Shown: one piece after another, positions 29,969 through 40,178 of the stretch
How positions within the stretch are numbered: the first letter of the stretch is position 1
Layout: each line of letters begins with the position of its first letter
From: Candidatus Dormiibacterota bacterium
GTDB lineage: Bacteria; Chloroflexota; Dormibacteria; Aeolococcales; Aeolococcaceae
Assembly (NCBI GenBank): GCA_963800175.1
Contig: CAWCZS010000002.1
Span: 960,328-1,024,327, forward strand
DNA: 64,000 nucleotides
Reading direction: 5' to 3'
Made by a program: the position numbers and the translations under genes
The notes under the pieces: model-generated
Databases searched by the model: none
What the model saw: only the letters and a program-made list of their open reading frames with translations
What the model was told of the DNA's origin: nothing

Positions 29969-31414
29969 GTGGCGGTTGCCGTTCCGACTGCGGGTGAGTC
30001 GGTTCCGACCCAACCCGTCGGCGAGATCCTCCCGACCACGAGCAAACCGGCAGGAGGCGGTGGGTTCCGCAGTCACCTCGGATCCCTGCTCTTCCTGCTC
30101 CCGGGTGCGCTGTGGCTTTTGCTGATCGTCGTCTACCCGCTGATCGCGACAGTCATCCGCAGCTTCTTCGATGGCAGCGGTCAGAACTTCATCGGCCTTG
30201 GCAACTACCAGGCCGTCTTCTCGACGACAGACATCATCGTCTCGCTCAAGAACAATGTCGTCTGGGTGGTGCTGTTCCCATTCCTGGTGACCTTCTTCGG
30301 GCTGGTGTTTGCGGTGCTCACCGAGCGCATCCGGTGGTCGACGGCCTTCAAAACCATCGTGTTCATGCCACTCGTGTTCAGCGCGACCGCCGCCGGCCTG
30401 ACCTGGGCGTCGATCTTCTTCATCGATCCGCATACCGGCCTGGTCAATGCCGCAATTCAGGGCGTGAGCAATGCCGTCAACCCTCCCGGGCTCTACCCGA
30501 TCGATCCGACCACGGGCCAAACGGTGTCAAGTCTTGCCGCGACCGACGTGCAATCAGGCACCGCCGGCACGCTGGAAAGCAAGGCGACGGTCAGCGCTGG
30601 GAGCACGCTCAATCTCGGTCTGATCGGCATCAGCCCTGTCACGTTGCAGACCAACGGAGCGACGACCGCTGTCGTCCCTACGGCGGCAGCGGGAGCCATC
30701 ACGGGGCTTGTGTGGCGCGACTTCTCGCCGACGCACCCAACCGTGCGCGGCCAGGTGTTCCCGGACGAGGACGGCATTCCCGGCCTGAAGGTCTCACTGC
30801 TCACCTCGAGTGGCGCCGTCAGCGCGACCACCATCACGGCGAACAACGGCACCTTCAAGTTCGACGGTGTCGGGTCCGGTAACTTCCGCGTGCAGATCAC
30901 GGCCAACAATTTTCAGGCCGGCTTCAACGGAATTTTCTTCCTCGGCACGCAATCGCTCACGCCAACGAGCTCGCTGAACCCGACACTGCAGGCCATCTTC
31001 AGCCTGCCGATCGTCGATATCGCGATGATCATCGCTTACCTGTGGATCTGGGCCGGATTCGCAATGGTCGTGATCGGTGCGGGACTTGCGGCGCTCAACC
31101 GCGAGGTGCTCGAGGCGGCGCAGATCGACGGTGCCAGTGAGTGGCAGACGTTGCGTCGCGTCACGGTGCCGATGCTGCGGCCGGTGCTCGTCGTCGTCTT
31201 CGTGACCATGCTCATCAACGTGCTCAAGATCTTCGACATCATCCTGAACATGCCTGCTCCGTCGTCGCAGGGCGGGGCCGCAACACTCGCGGTAGACATC
31301 TACAACGACTTCTCGACACCGACGGGCCAGGGGCTCGCCGCGGCTCTCGCGGTGGTGCTCTTCATCCTCGTCATCCCCGCCATGCTGTTCAACCTCAAGA
31401 GGATTCGCGGATGA
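29969..31414 (+). CDS. Sugar ABC permease (MalF/UgpA-like) with ~200-aa periplasmic insertion
   Basis: EAA-type permease core (AAQIDGASEWQTLRRVTVPMLRP). Residues ~150-350 form a hydrophilic insert containing GQVFPDEDGIPGLKVSLLTSSGAVS...NGTFKFDGVGSGNFRVQI, a Cna-B/carboxypeptidase-regulatory-like beta-sandwich signature. Confidence 0.75.
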   Translation: MAVAVPTAGESVPTQPVGEILPTTSKPAGGGGFRSHLGSLLFLLPGALWLLLIVVYPLIATVIRSFFDGSGQNFIGLGNYQAVFSTTDIIVSLKNNVVWVVLFPFLVTFFGLVFAVLTERIRWSTAFKTIVFMPLVFSATAAGLTWASIFFIDPHTGLVNAAIQGVSNAVNPPGLYPIDPTTGQTVSSLAATDVQSGTAGTLESKATVSAGSTLNLGLIGISPVTLQTNGATTAVVPTAAAGAITGLVWRDFSPTHPTVRGQVFPDEDGIPGLKVSLLTSSGAVSATTITANNGTFKFDGVGSGNFRVQITANNFQAGFNGIFFLGTQSLTPTSSLNPTLQAIFSLPIVDIAMIIAYLWIWAGFAMVVIGAGLAALNREVLEAAQIDGASEWQTLRRVTVPMLRPVLVVVFVTMLINVLKIFDIILNMPAPSSQGGAATLAVDIYNDFSTPTGQGLAAALAVVLFILVIPAMLFNLKRIRG

Positions 31415-32328
31415 GTGTGCAGGCTGCGTCGTTGCCCGTCGCCGCGCCGGTGCACAAGGCCCGGCGGCGGATTCGCCCATCGCGCATTGTCGTCAACGTC
31501 GTCCTCGCGGCGATTGCGATCTTCTGGTTGGTGCCCTCGGTCGGTATTCTCATCATCTCGCTGCGGCCCAACAGCACCTTCGGTCAATCCGGGTGGTGGA
31601 CGGTGTTCACCGCGCCGGCACAGCTGACGTTCAGCAACTACCAGGCGCTGTTCTCGGCAGGATTCAAGCCCGGCGGCGTGCTCGATTCGGTGACGACATC
31701 GATCGCGATCACGGTGCCCGTCACGATTCTCGTCACGCTGATTTCGAGTCTCACCGCGTATTCGCTGGTGTTCGGCAGATGGCGCGGACGCACGGTGGTG
31801 TTTCTGCTGATCGTCGCCATGCTCGTTCTGCCGCTGCAGATGGCGTTGATCCCGGTCGCCAGCCTGTACAAAGTCTTCGACAACGCGACCGGCCTGCAAC
31901 TCTTCGGCTCTGTTATCGGAACGATCATCTTCCACGTCGCATTCGGCCTCCCGTTCGGCATCTTCCTGATGCGCAACTTCTATTCGGGAATTCCGCACGA
32001 CCTGCTCGAAGCGGGCCGCATCGATGGCGCGGGGGAGTGGACACTCTTCCGCAAGGTGGTCTTGCCGATTGGCATCCCGGCGTTGGCGTCACTCGCCATC
32101 TTTCAGTTCATCTGGGTCTGGAATGACCTGCTCGTCGCCCTGATCTTTCTCTCAGGCAATCCGCATTACACGCTGACGCTCTTCCTGTACTCCTACGTGC
32201 GTTCGCTGTCGTCCAACTACTGGGTCATATCGACTGGCGCGATCATCTCGATCATCATCCCGCTTATCGTGTTCTTTGCCTTCCAGCGATATTTCGTCCG
32301 TGGCGTGCTCGCCGGGGCGGTGAAATGA
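31411..32328 (+). CDS. Sugar ABC permease (MalG/UgpE-like)
   Basis: ATG overlaps the upstream stop. 6 TM helices. EAGRIDGAGEWTLFRKVVLPIGIPAL EAA loop. Confidence 0.85.
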   Translation: MSVQAASLPVAAPVHKARRRIRPSRIVVNVVLAAIAIFWLVPSVGILIISLRPNSTFGQSGWWTVFTAPAQLTFSNYQALFSAGFKPGGVLDSVTTSIAITVPVTILVTLISSLTAYSLVFGRWRGRTVVFLLIVAMLVLPLQMALIPVASLYKVFDNATGLQLFGSVIGTIIFHVAFGLPFGIFLMRNFYSGIPHDLLEAGRIDGAGEWTLFRKVVLPIGIPALASLAIFQFIWVWNDLLVALIFLSGNPHYTLTLFLYSYVRSLSSNYWVISTGAIISIIIPLIVFFAFQRYFVRGVLAGAVK

Positions 32329-32338
32329 GGAGCGTGTC

Positions 32339-33730
32339 ATGGCCGGCGTAGTCCTCGACGACTTGACCAAGCGCTACGAAGGCGGTGGTGCGCTCGCCGT
32401 CAACAACTTGAACCTGGATATCAAGGACGGCGAGTTCGTCTGTCTCGTCGGTCCGTCGGGTTGCGGTAAGACGACCGCGTTGCGCATGATCGCCGGACTC
32501 GAGGAGATCACGAGCGGCGAGGTGCGCATCGGCGATCGCGTTGTGAACAACCTGCCGCCGCGCGATCGCGATATCGCCATGGTGTTCCAGAGCTATGCGC
32601 TCTATCCGCACATGAGCGTGCGCGACAACATGGCGTTCGGCCTGCAGTTGCGCAAGACACCAAAAGCGGATATCGACAAGGCGGTCAACGAGGCGGCGCG
32701 CATCCTCGATCTGGATCGTTACCTCGACCGCAAACCCGGCCAGCTCTCCGGCGGACAGCGGCAGCGCGTCGCGCTCGGTCGCGCAATCGTTCGTGAGCCG
32801 TCGGTCTTTCTGATGGACGAGCCACTCTCGAACCTCGATGCAAAGCTTCGAGTGCAGACACGTGCCGAGATCGCACGGATGCACACCCGCCTGCAGGCGA
32901 CGATGATCTACGTCACACACGACCAGGTCGAGGCCATGACCATGGGCGACCGCATCGCCGTCATCAACGAGGGAGTGCTGCAGCAGGCGGGGACTCCCAA
33001 GGAGCTGTACGAGCTGCCGCAGAATCGTTTCGTTGCGGGCTTCATCGGGTCGCCCTCGATGAACTTCATCGACCTCAAGGTGTCGCAGGATGGCGGTGTG
33101 GTCAAGCTCACAGGCGAGGGAGCCGAGATGCGTCCGGACGATACGCAGTCGGCACTGCTGCGCAACCTTGGGCTGGACACGGTCACGATCGGATTCCGGC
33201 CCGAGCATCTTGACCTTGCCCTCGTGACGGGACCTGGACTGAGCGTCACGGTTGTCGTGGACGTGGTCGAGTTCCTCGGCAATGACGAGCTCATTCACGG
33301 CAGTAGCGAGGGCCACGACGTGGTCGCGATCATCGACGCGGACAACACCCTCAAGGTGGGCCAGTCGGTGACCCTCTCGACAACGCCGCGCCGGCTGCAC
33401 CTGTTCAACCCGACAACAGGCCTTCGGATCGCCGAGGGCTCGTCGCCGTTGGCCGGAGGCGTGGCTCACGCGCATCACGACGGGATAACTGGCACCGCCC
33501 TCAAGATTGTGCTACAATCTGCTACAGGATCAATCCCCCTGGAGCAATTGAAATGGCAAGAACAGTCTGGCTCACACTTCGAGCCCTTTACGGCATGGAA
33601 ACCGGACGCCCCTGCCGGGCGTGCGGCGCAGCGATTTCAACTCGGGACGCATTCGGCTCGAGCGAAGGCGTCTGCCGCCTCTGCCGCGACCGCGCCGACT
33701 CGAACGTCTAGCCGCCACCTTCGCGCCTGA
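32339..33730 (+). CDS. Sugar ABC ATP-binding protein (MalK/MsmX-like); ORF extends ~95 aa beyond the usual C-terminus, so an indel may have removed the stop near 33440
   Basis: Walker [10 protein letters not shown], signature [14 protein letters not shown], Walker [12 protein letters not shown] and a TOBE-like C-terminal domain ending ...[13 protein letters not shown]. Confidence 0.8.
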   Translation: MAGVVLDDLTKRYEGGGALAVNNLNLDIKDGEFVCLVGPSGCGKTTALRMIAGLEEITSGEVRIGDRVVNNLPPRDRDIAMVFQSYALYPHMSVRDNMAFGLQLRKTPKADIDKAVNEAARILDLDRYLDRKPGQLSGGQRQRVALGRAIVREPSVFLMDEPLSNLDAKLRVQTRAEIARMHTRLQATMIYVTHDQVEAMTMGDRIAVINEGVLQQAGTPKELYELPQNRFVAGFIGSPSMNFIDLKVSQDGGVVKLTGEGAEMRPDDTQSALLRNLGLDTVTIGFRPEHLDLALVTGPGLSVTVVVDVVEFLGNDELIHGSSEGHDVVAIIDADNTLKVGQSVTLSTTPRRLHLFNPTTGLRIAEGSSPLAGGVAHAHHDGITGTALKIVLQSATGSIPLEQLKWQEQSGSHFEPFTAWKPDAPAGRAAQRFQLGTHSARAKASAASAATAPTRTSSRHLRA

Positions 33731-33757
33731 TCGCGTGCTCCGTCACAGCGTCACGGC

Positions 33758-34462
33758 GTGATCCGCCGGCAGACGACGTCACGCGTCGAGACGCTCGAGG
33801 ATGAACTCGAGCGTCTCGTGCTCGACGGCCGGTTCAAGCCGGGTGAACACCTCGGCGAGATCGCCCTCGCAGAAGAGTTCGACGTGGGGCGCAATACGCT
33901 CCGCGCCGCCTTCGACGGCCTGGTGCGGCGCGGACTGCTCGTCAAGTCGCGCAACCGCGGCGTCTTCGTGCGCGCGCTCACCGCGCACGACCTTGGCGAG
34001 ATCTACGAGCTCCGCACCGCGCTCGAGGTCCAGGCGTCGCGCATGCTGGCCGCCCGCGCGTGGGCGCCGGACGCCGCAAGAACTGCACTGGCGCAGCACC
34101 ATCGCCTCAGCCCGCGCTCCTCGCAGCGCGCGGTTGTCGAAGCGGATCTCGCGTTTCACCGCGCGCTGATCATCGGCACCGGGAACGCTCGTCTCATTCG
34201 CGCGCATAAGCAACTGGAGGTCGAGATCCTCCTGTGTCTTGCGCAACTCGTCCGCGGATACGCCACAGTCGGCCAGCTTGCCGGCGAGCATGAAGCCGTG
34301 CTTGAGGCGATTGAAGGTGGCAATCCGGACGCTGCTGAAGCCGTGACGCGAGGTCATCTCGAGAACGCCACCGCCTGGCTCGTCGAACGCGCGACGGCGG
34401 ACGCGGATCCGCTTTATGCGGTCGGCTTGGCTGCGCCGAGCGAGTCCAGCGACCGCGGATAG
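33758..34462 (+). CDS. GntR-family transcriptional regulator (FCD-type ligand domain)
   Basis: N-terminal wHTH (GEHLGEIALAEEFDVGRNTLRAAFDGLVRRGLL) plus an alpha-helical FCD-like C-terminus. Confidence 0.75.
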   Translation: MIRRQTTSRVETLEDELERLVLDGRFKPGEHLGEIALAEEFDVGRNTLRAAFDGLVRRGLLVKSRNRGVFVRALTAHDLGEIYELRTALEVQASRMLAARAWAPDAARTALAQHHRLSPRSSQRAVVEADLAFHRALIIGTGNARLIRAHKQLEVEILLCLAQLVRGYATVGQLAGEHEAVLEAIEGGNPDAAEAVTRGHLENATAWLVERATADADPLYAVGLAAPSESSDRG

Positions 34463-34857
34463 GCCTCGTCGATCAGCGGGCTGGAAAGCACGAAGTCTGC
34501 GGTGGCGCGGTTGCACGCCATCGGGATGTTGTGCACCACGGCGATGCGCAGCAGTGCCTTCACGTCGACGTCGTGGGGATGGGGCTCGAGCGGATCCCAG
34601 AAGAAGATGATCACGTCGATACGCCCTTCTGCGATCGCGGCTCCCACCTGCTGATCACCACCGAGCGGTCCGGTGAGGAACCGGTGGACGGGGAGACCCA
34701 ACTCATTCGCGACCATCGAACCAGTCGTCCCGGTGCCGAGAAGATCGTGGCGCGCGAGGGTGTCGCGGTTGAAGCGCGCCCACTCGAGCATGTCGGCCTT
34801 CTTGTTGTCATGAGCGATCAGCACGATCTGCTTTCGTTTCGGACCTGGACGTGGCAC
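34414..34857 (-). CDS. mgsA: Methylglyoxal synthase
   Basis: IVLIAHDNKK...GTGTTG...GPLGGDQQVGA...IDVIIFFWDPLEPHPHDVDVKAL. Its 3' end overlaps the GntR gene by 49 bp on the opposite strand. Confidence 0.85.
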   Translation of the reverse strand: MPRPGPKRKQIVLIAHDNKKADMLEWARFNRDTLARHDLLGTGTTGSMVANELGLPVHRFLTGPLGGDQQVGAAIAEGRIDVIIFFWDPLEPHPHDVDVKALLRIAVVHNIPMACNRATADFVLSSPLIDEAYPRSLDSLGAAKPTA

Positions 34858-35123
34858 GGTCGCCTCCCGGCTGAGCTACTGCGGGTACGATCGCGATTGT
34901 AGCACAATATCGGGTATCGCTAGCTCCGGCAAGACTTGCGCTAGCGCCGCCACGAATCGTCGCTCCCGAGCGGCATCTCGGTTCGCGCGCGGTCGTGGCG
35001 TCGCGCTGACGGCTGGCCCTGGCAGACTCAGGGAATGATCGAGGCAACCTCATAGCCACGACCAGCGACGCCGCCCGCACCGCGGCGCCTGCGCGTGGGA
35101 CGCGCGGCGACGGGTACAAGTGG

Positions 35124-36790
35124 GTGGCGCTCTCCAACACGACGGTCGGCGTGCTGCTCGCCACCATCGACGCATCGATCATGTTGATCGCGATGCCGGA
35201 CATCTTTCGCGGCATCGATTTGAACCCGCTCGAACCGTCGAACAGCTTCTACCTGCTCTGGATGATTCTCGGCTTCCTCATCGTCAGCAGCGTGCTGGTG
35301 GTGGGGTTGGGACGGCTCGGCGACATCGTCGGTCGCGTGCGCATCTACAACCTCGGGTTCGTCATCTACACGGTCGCATCCTTGCTCCTGACGATCGACT
35401 GGATGACCGGGCCGCCAGGAGCGGTGTGGCTCATGGTCTTCCGAGTGGTCCAGGGCATCGGCGCCGCGTGCCTCATCGGCAACTCGGCGGCGATTCTCAC
35501 CGACGCATTCCCCGCCAACCAGCGTGGACTCGCGCTTGGCATCAACAACATCGCCGGTATCAGCGGCGTGTTCATCGGGCTGATTCTCGGCGGGCTGCTT
35601 GCTCCAATCAACTGGCGACTGGTGTTTCTCGTGTCGGTGCCGTTCGGTGTGTTCGGGACCGTCTGGGCGTACCTCAAGCTCGAGGAGCGTGGAGTCCGGC
35701 GGCGGGTTCCGATCGACTGGCTCGGCAACGTCACGTTCGCGATCGGTCTGATCCTGGTGATGATCGGCATCACGTACGGGATCGAGCCGTACGGATCCAA
35801 CCCGATGGGGTGGACAAGCCCGTTCGTGCTCAGCGCGCTCGTGCTCGGCGCAGGCATTCCTCGCGGGCTTTGCGGTGATCGAGGGTCGTGTGCCAAATCC
35901 CATGTTCCGTCTCGGGTTGTTTCGCATTCGCGCGTTCACGTTCGGCACGCTCTCGAGCTTTCTCGCGGCGGTCGGTCGTGGCGGACTGATGTTCATGCTG
36001 ATCATCTGGTTGCAGGGAATCTGGTTACCCGAGCACGGATACAGCTTCACGTCAACGCCGCTCTGGGCCGGCATCTACATGCTCCCGTTGACGGTCGGGT
36101 TCCTGCTCGCCGGCCCGGCATCGGGTTTCCTGTCGGACCGTTTCGGTTCCCGGCCATTCGCCACCGGCGGGATGATCGGCGCGGCCGCGAGCTTCCTGTT
36201 CCTGCAACTGCTGCCGATTGATTTTCCGTATCAGCTCTTCGCGCTGATTCTCTTCCTCAACGGCCTCTCGATGGGGGCCTTCGCATCACCAAACCGAGCT
36301 GGTGTCATGAACAGTCTTCCCCCCGGCGACCGTGGCGCCGGCGGCGGTATGAACGCCACGTTTCAGAGCTCGGCGCAAGTGCTCTCCATCGGCATCTTCT
36401 TCACGCTGATGATCCTTGGCCTGTCTGCGACACTCTCCACGACGATGACCGCAGGAACTCGAAGCGCACGGTGTTCCGGTCGTGGTCGCGCAGCATGTAG
36501 GCCACCTGCCGCCAGTGTCGATTCTCTTCGCGGCCTTCCTCGGATACAACCCGATCCAGACGCTGGTGGGCGCGCACGTGCTCTCGCAGCTGTCCGCCGC
36601 AAATGTCGCGGCGCTCACAGGGCGTCAGTTCTTCCCGACGCTCATCTCCGGCCCATTTGCCGCGGGCCTACACCAGGCGTTCACGTTCTCGCTGATCGTG
36701 TGCCTTGTGGCCGCGGTCGCCTCATGGTCTCGTGGCGGCCGTGTGGCTGCAGTGCAACCGATCATCGCGGCCGAAGCACCGGAGATCTGA
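35124..36790 (+). CDS. MFS transporter, DHA2/EmrB-like (14-TMS); frameshifts near 35860 and 36470; start may lie up to ~60 bp upstream
   Basis: Three ORF pieces (35124.., 35875..36873 frame, 36482..36790) tile one MFS protein. Motifs LIAMPDIFRGI and the WLMVFRVVQGIGAA...LTDAFP motif A region. Confidence 0.7.
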
Positions 36791-38946
36791 AGAGGAAACC
36801 TCAGGACGGAGTGCCGCCTGAAGGTTCTCGGGAGACCGGAGTTCAGCAGTTCACGGACGTGCTCGCGGAATGAGGCGGGCCCCTGTCGCCCGCTCCGTCG
36901 CCGGTTGCGGCGCGCGAACCACTCTCGCAGACCCACCGACGCGCCGCCAAACACCACCATCAAGACGAGCGTCGTCACCAGCGGCACGTTGTTGTGGCTG
37001 TCGTTGTGCGGAATCAGCAGGACTTCGATGACGCCGAACATCGCCAGCCCGAAGCATCCCAGCCACACGCCGCGATGCCACTGGCGCAGATCCCAGCCCG
37101 GAAGAAACCGTAACGGCAGCAGGCCGATCGCGCTGCCGACCAGCCCACTCACAAAGATCGCGGCAAGCAGGTCGTCGAGGATCACGAGACCGAAGAACGC
37201 GCCCGGCTGTTTCGCTGCACCGGTCACCGGCAGCCAGAGCAACCACGCGACGACGGCGACGCCCAGAGTGGTCAGCGAGCACAGCGCCACGATGTGCCCT
37301 TTCTGTGTCGTCGTCAGCTTCGTCGCAAACGCAACACCGCAAATCACGCCGTACAGATATCCGGGCTCGAACTGCGCAAGGCGCGAGATGAGCACGCATA
37401 TCGCCGCAACGCCGAGTCCGAGCGGCAACGCCTGAAGACGCCAGGAACGGCTTTCGTGACGTACGCGGTGATACTGGTAGGTGACGATCGCAGGGAATGT
37501 CGCGCCGAGACAGATTGCCAGCACGACAGCGACGTAGGTGTCGAGCGTCCCCACCGAGGTGCCGAAGTGCGGATCCAGCAAGCCGCCGAGCAGCGCTCCG
37601 ACGAGCACCACCAGAACAAACTTGATCCAGTCGGTGACCGATCGTCGCGACGTCTCAGATGTCTTCTTCGGCCGTATCGCCCATTTGACCTTGCGTTGCA
37701 GGAGCTCACGAATCTCCGCGTAGTTCTCCTCAAACGTCAGGTTGAAGAGTTGCGAAGGAAAGGTGATGAAGAGGATCGCGCCGATCGAAATCCCCGCGCC
37801 CACGGCCACGACCGCCGCAGATGCGAATGCCTCGTCGGGTGTCGGGAGCGACGTCGCGATCGTGGACAACGCCGTGCTTGCGCCGGTCTGCACGACGTAC
37901 AGGTAGCTGTCCTGCGCGGTGATGTCTATCGTGCCGTTTGATCCGTTGGCGATCGCGAAGAGCCCGCCGGAGCCGGCCGGCATGAAGAACATCGTCGCGG
38001 TCTGCGTGGCCGTGTTGTAGTACCCATACAGTCCCGGCAGATTCAACTGCGACCAGGCCATCCACATGCGGCCGTCCGCGCCGAGCACCATCGTCGTCGG
38101 GTTGTAGAAGTAATTCCATCTCAGCTGTTTCGCAACCGGCCCGGGCTCGATCTCGCCCACACCCCACGGTGTGGAGCCGTAGGAGAACCATGGCAGCCCG
38201 TTCGGACCCTCCGCGAGATCCTCTGCTCCGCCGTGCGGCCCGATCGCGAATTGATGCAGCACAGCACCCTCGGGGCTCAACTCCGTGACAGTGCGCCACG
38301 ATGTCGTGTTCGGAACGTCGTACCACGGGTTCGTCCATACCGTGCCGTCGGGCATGACCACGATGCTCGTCGCCGTCGCGTTGGCACCTGCAGGGAGGTT
38401 GTGCTCGGTGACGTGCCCGTTGCTGATCCTCCCGACCCGGTACGGCTTGGTCTCCGTAAACCAGATGTCACCATCCGGGGCACTCGCAATGGAGAGAAGA
38501 CCGCTGTTCGCCGTCGGTGGTTGGTAGGTCTGCAAACGACCGGTGGCGGGATCGAAGGAATCAACCTCCTGGTTGTTGTTGAAGAACCAGAGGTCCCCGT
38601 CGGGAGCGAGTGCGAGGCACTGCGTCGGTGGCGCGATGAGCGCGACTCCGCCGGGCACGGTATACGTGTGCACGGATCCGTCGGCGTCGACGTGAATGAG
38701 CGCCCATGAGCCGATGCGCTGGGCAAGGATCCAGGCGCTCCCGTCCGGCGCCGACGTGATGCACTCCGCCTCCATCTGCTCGGTCCCGAGGCGGATGCGT
38801 GTGATCGAACCCACGCCGGTCTTTGGCGCCGGCACGCCGGACGCGAACGCAGCGGCGGCGACCGCGCTCATGCAACCGACGGCGCACGCCAGTACTCCGG
38901 CCGCAAGCACACAACTCGCGAATCGTCCCCGCAAACTCCCGACCAT
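36625..38946 (-). CDS. Secreted Vgb/streptogramin-lyase-like beta-propeller fused to a C-terminal polytopic membrane domain
   Basis: Signal peptide. Repeated DG(D/S/T)(L/I/V)WF(T/F)(E/N) blades (DGDLWFFN, DGDIWFTE, DGTVWTN). About 8 TM helices follow from residue ~390. The 3' end overlaps the MFS gene by ~165 bp. Confidence 0.6.
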   Translation of the reverse strand: MVGSLRGRFASCVLAAGVLACAVGCMSAVAAAAFASGVPAPKTGVGSITRIRLGTEQMEAECITSAPDGSAWILAQRIGSWALIHVDADGSVHTYTVPGGVALIAPPTQCLALAPDGDLWFFNNNQEVDSFDPATGRLQTYQPPTANSGLLSIASAPDGDIWFTETKPYRVGRISNGHVTEHNLPAGANATATSIVVMPDGTVWTNPWYDVPNTTSWRTVTELSPEGAVLHQFAIGPHGGAEDLAEGPNGLPWFSYGSTPWGVGEIEPGPVAKQLRWNYFYNPTTMVLGADGRMWMAWSQLNLPGLYGYYNTATQTATMFFMPAGSGGLFAIANGSNGTIDITAQDSYLYVVQTGASTALSTIATSLPTPDEAFASAAVVAVGAGISIGAILFITFPSQLFNLTFEENYAEIRELLQRKVKWAIRPKKTSETSRRSVTDWIKFVLVVLVGALLGGLLDPHFGTSVGTLDTYVAVVLAICLGATFPAIVTYQYHRVRHESRSWRLQALPLGLGVAAICVLISRLAQFEPGYLYGVICGVAFATKLTTTQKGHIVALCSLTTLGVAVVAWLLWLPVTGAAKQPGAFFGLVILDDLLAAIFVSGLVGSAIGLLPLRFLPGWDLRQWHRGVWLGCFGLAMFGVIEVLLIPHNDSHNNVPLVTTLVLMVVFGGASVGLREWFARRNRRRSGRQGPASFREHVRELLNSGLPRTFRRHSVLRFPLQISGASAAMIGCTAATRPPRDHEATAATRHTISENVNAWCRPAANGPEMSVGKN

Positions 38947-39086
38947 CCGGCCTCCGCGCGATTACCCCTTGAACCGAGCGCACGCTCCCCGACGCCGATT
39001 CTTATAGCACACGGTGTTTGGTGCCATCAGCGGCGCGATGGCGATCCGGACGCGCTCGCCCCGGAGTCAGCGCAGCTGGATGGCGG

Positions 39087-40010
39087 TCAGTCGGCGACGC
39101 GCAGGAGGATCCGTCCGCGACCGTGGCCCGTCTCGGACGCGGTCTGCGCCTCGACTGCTTGATCGAGAGGAAACACTTGCTGGATCTCCGGTTTCAACGC
39201 TCCCGAGGCGACGAGCGCAGCCAGCTTTTCGAGATATGGGCTCGTCGCCGCGGGATGCCCGACCGCTTCTGTACGTACGCCGCGCTGTGCTGCGACGTCG
39301 GCGTCCGCCGAGCCGACGACCGTCACGAGGATGCCTCCCGGTTTGAGCGCGCTCCAGGACTGCGCGATGACCGTGCCGCCGACTGTGTCGAGCACCACGT
39401 CCACGTCGTGCACCGCGTCCTCGACATTCGTGGTCGTGTAGTCGATGACTTCATCCGCACCGAGCGAACGGACGAACTCGATGTTGGACGTTGATGTCGT
39501 TGCGATCACATATGCGCCTTTCCAGTGCGCCAGTTGCACGGCGAAGGAGCCGACACCGCCGGCGCCACCCTGCACGAGCACTCGCTGGCCTGCCTCGAGG
39601 TGGCCGGAGTCAAAGAGACCAAGCCACGCGGTCACACCGCCGACGTGCAGCGTCGCGGCCTGCTCGAATGAAACACCTTCTGGAATGTGGGCAATCGTGG
39701 TGACGGGCGCGACCGAATACTCGGCGTACGTTTGCGCTCCGCGGCCGAAAACTCTGTCGCCAACCTTGAAGTCGGTCACGCCTTCACCGACAGACGCGAC
39801 TGTCCCCGAGACGTCCAGTCCCGGCGAGTGCGGCAGCGTCACCGGCATGTACTGCTGCAGATAGCCGGCGCGCATCTTCCAGTCGATCGGGTTCACGCCG
39901 GCGTCGTGGACCTTGATGAGCACCTCGCCTGCTTTGGGCTCGGGGCGATCGACCTCGTCGACCACCAACACCGAAGCGGGACCGTAGCTGTGAAACCGGA
40001 CTGCGCGCAT
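39087..40010 (-). CDS. qor: NADPH:quinone oxidoreductase / zinc-type alcohol dehydrogenase-like (MDR superfamily)
   Basis: MRAVRFHSYGPASVLVVDEVDRPEPKAGEVLIKVHDAGVNPIDW and the cofactor-binding LVQGGAGGVGSFAVQLA. Confidence 0.8.
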   Translation of the reverse strand: MRAVRFHSYGPASVLVVDEVDRPEPKAGEVLIKVHDAGVNPIDWKMRAGYLQQYMPVTLPHSPGLDVSGTVASVGEGVTDFKVGDRVFGRGAQTYAEYSVAPVTTIAHIPEGVSFEQAATLHVGGVTAWLGLFDSGHLEAGQRVLVQGGAGGVGSFAVQLAHWKGAYVIATTSTSNIEFVRSLGADEVIDYTTTNVEDAVHDVDVVLDTVGGTVIAQSWSALKPGGILVTVVGSADADVAAQRGVRTEAVGHPAATSPYLEKLAALVASGALKPEIQQVFPLDQAVEAQTASETGHGRGRILLRVAD

Positions 40011-40178
40011 AGAAGTCTCCGATGTCGATCACTGCCTCCCCGCCATCACGACTGCGGCGTCGGGCTAGTAATTCAATAGTAACATCAGATTCTAACACGA
40101 CGACCGAGAAACGCTCGACGAGACAGGCGCGTCAGGCCTCGCCGGACAGCAGCGCCCAGGCTCGGGACAGCGCGACAC

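Noticed and set aside
32264-33478. 404-aa minus-strand ORF opposite the MalK-like ATPase
   Set aside because: The plus strand has unambiguous Walker A/B and signature motifs. The minus ORF is a GC-skew artefact.
35028-36074. 348-aa minus-strand ORF opposite the DHA2 MFS gene
   Set aside because: Antisense to a clear MFS transporter. No motifs.
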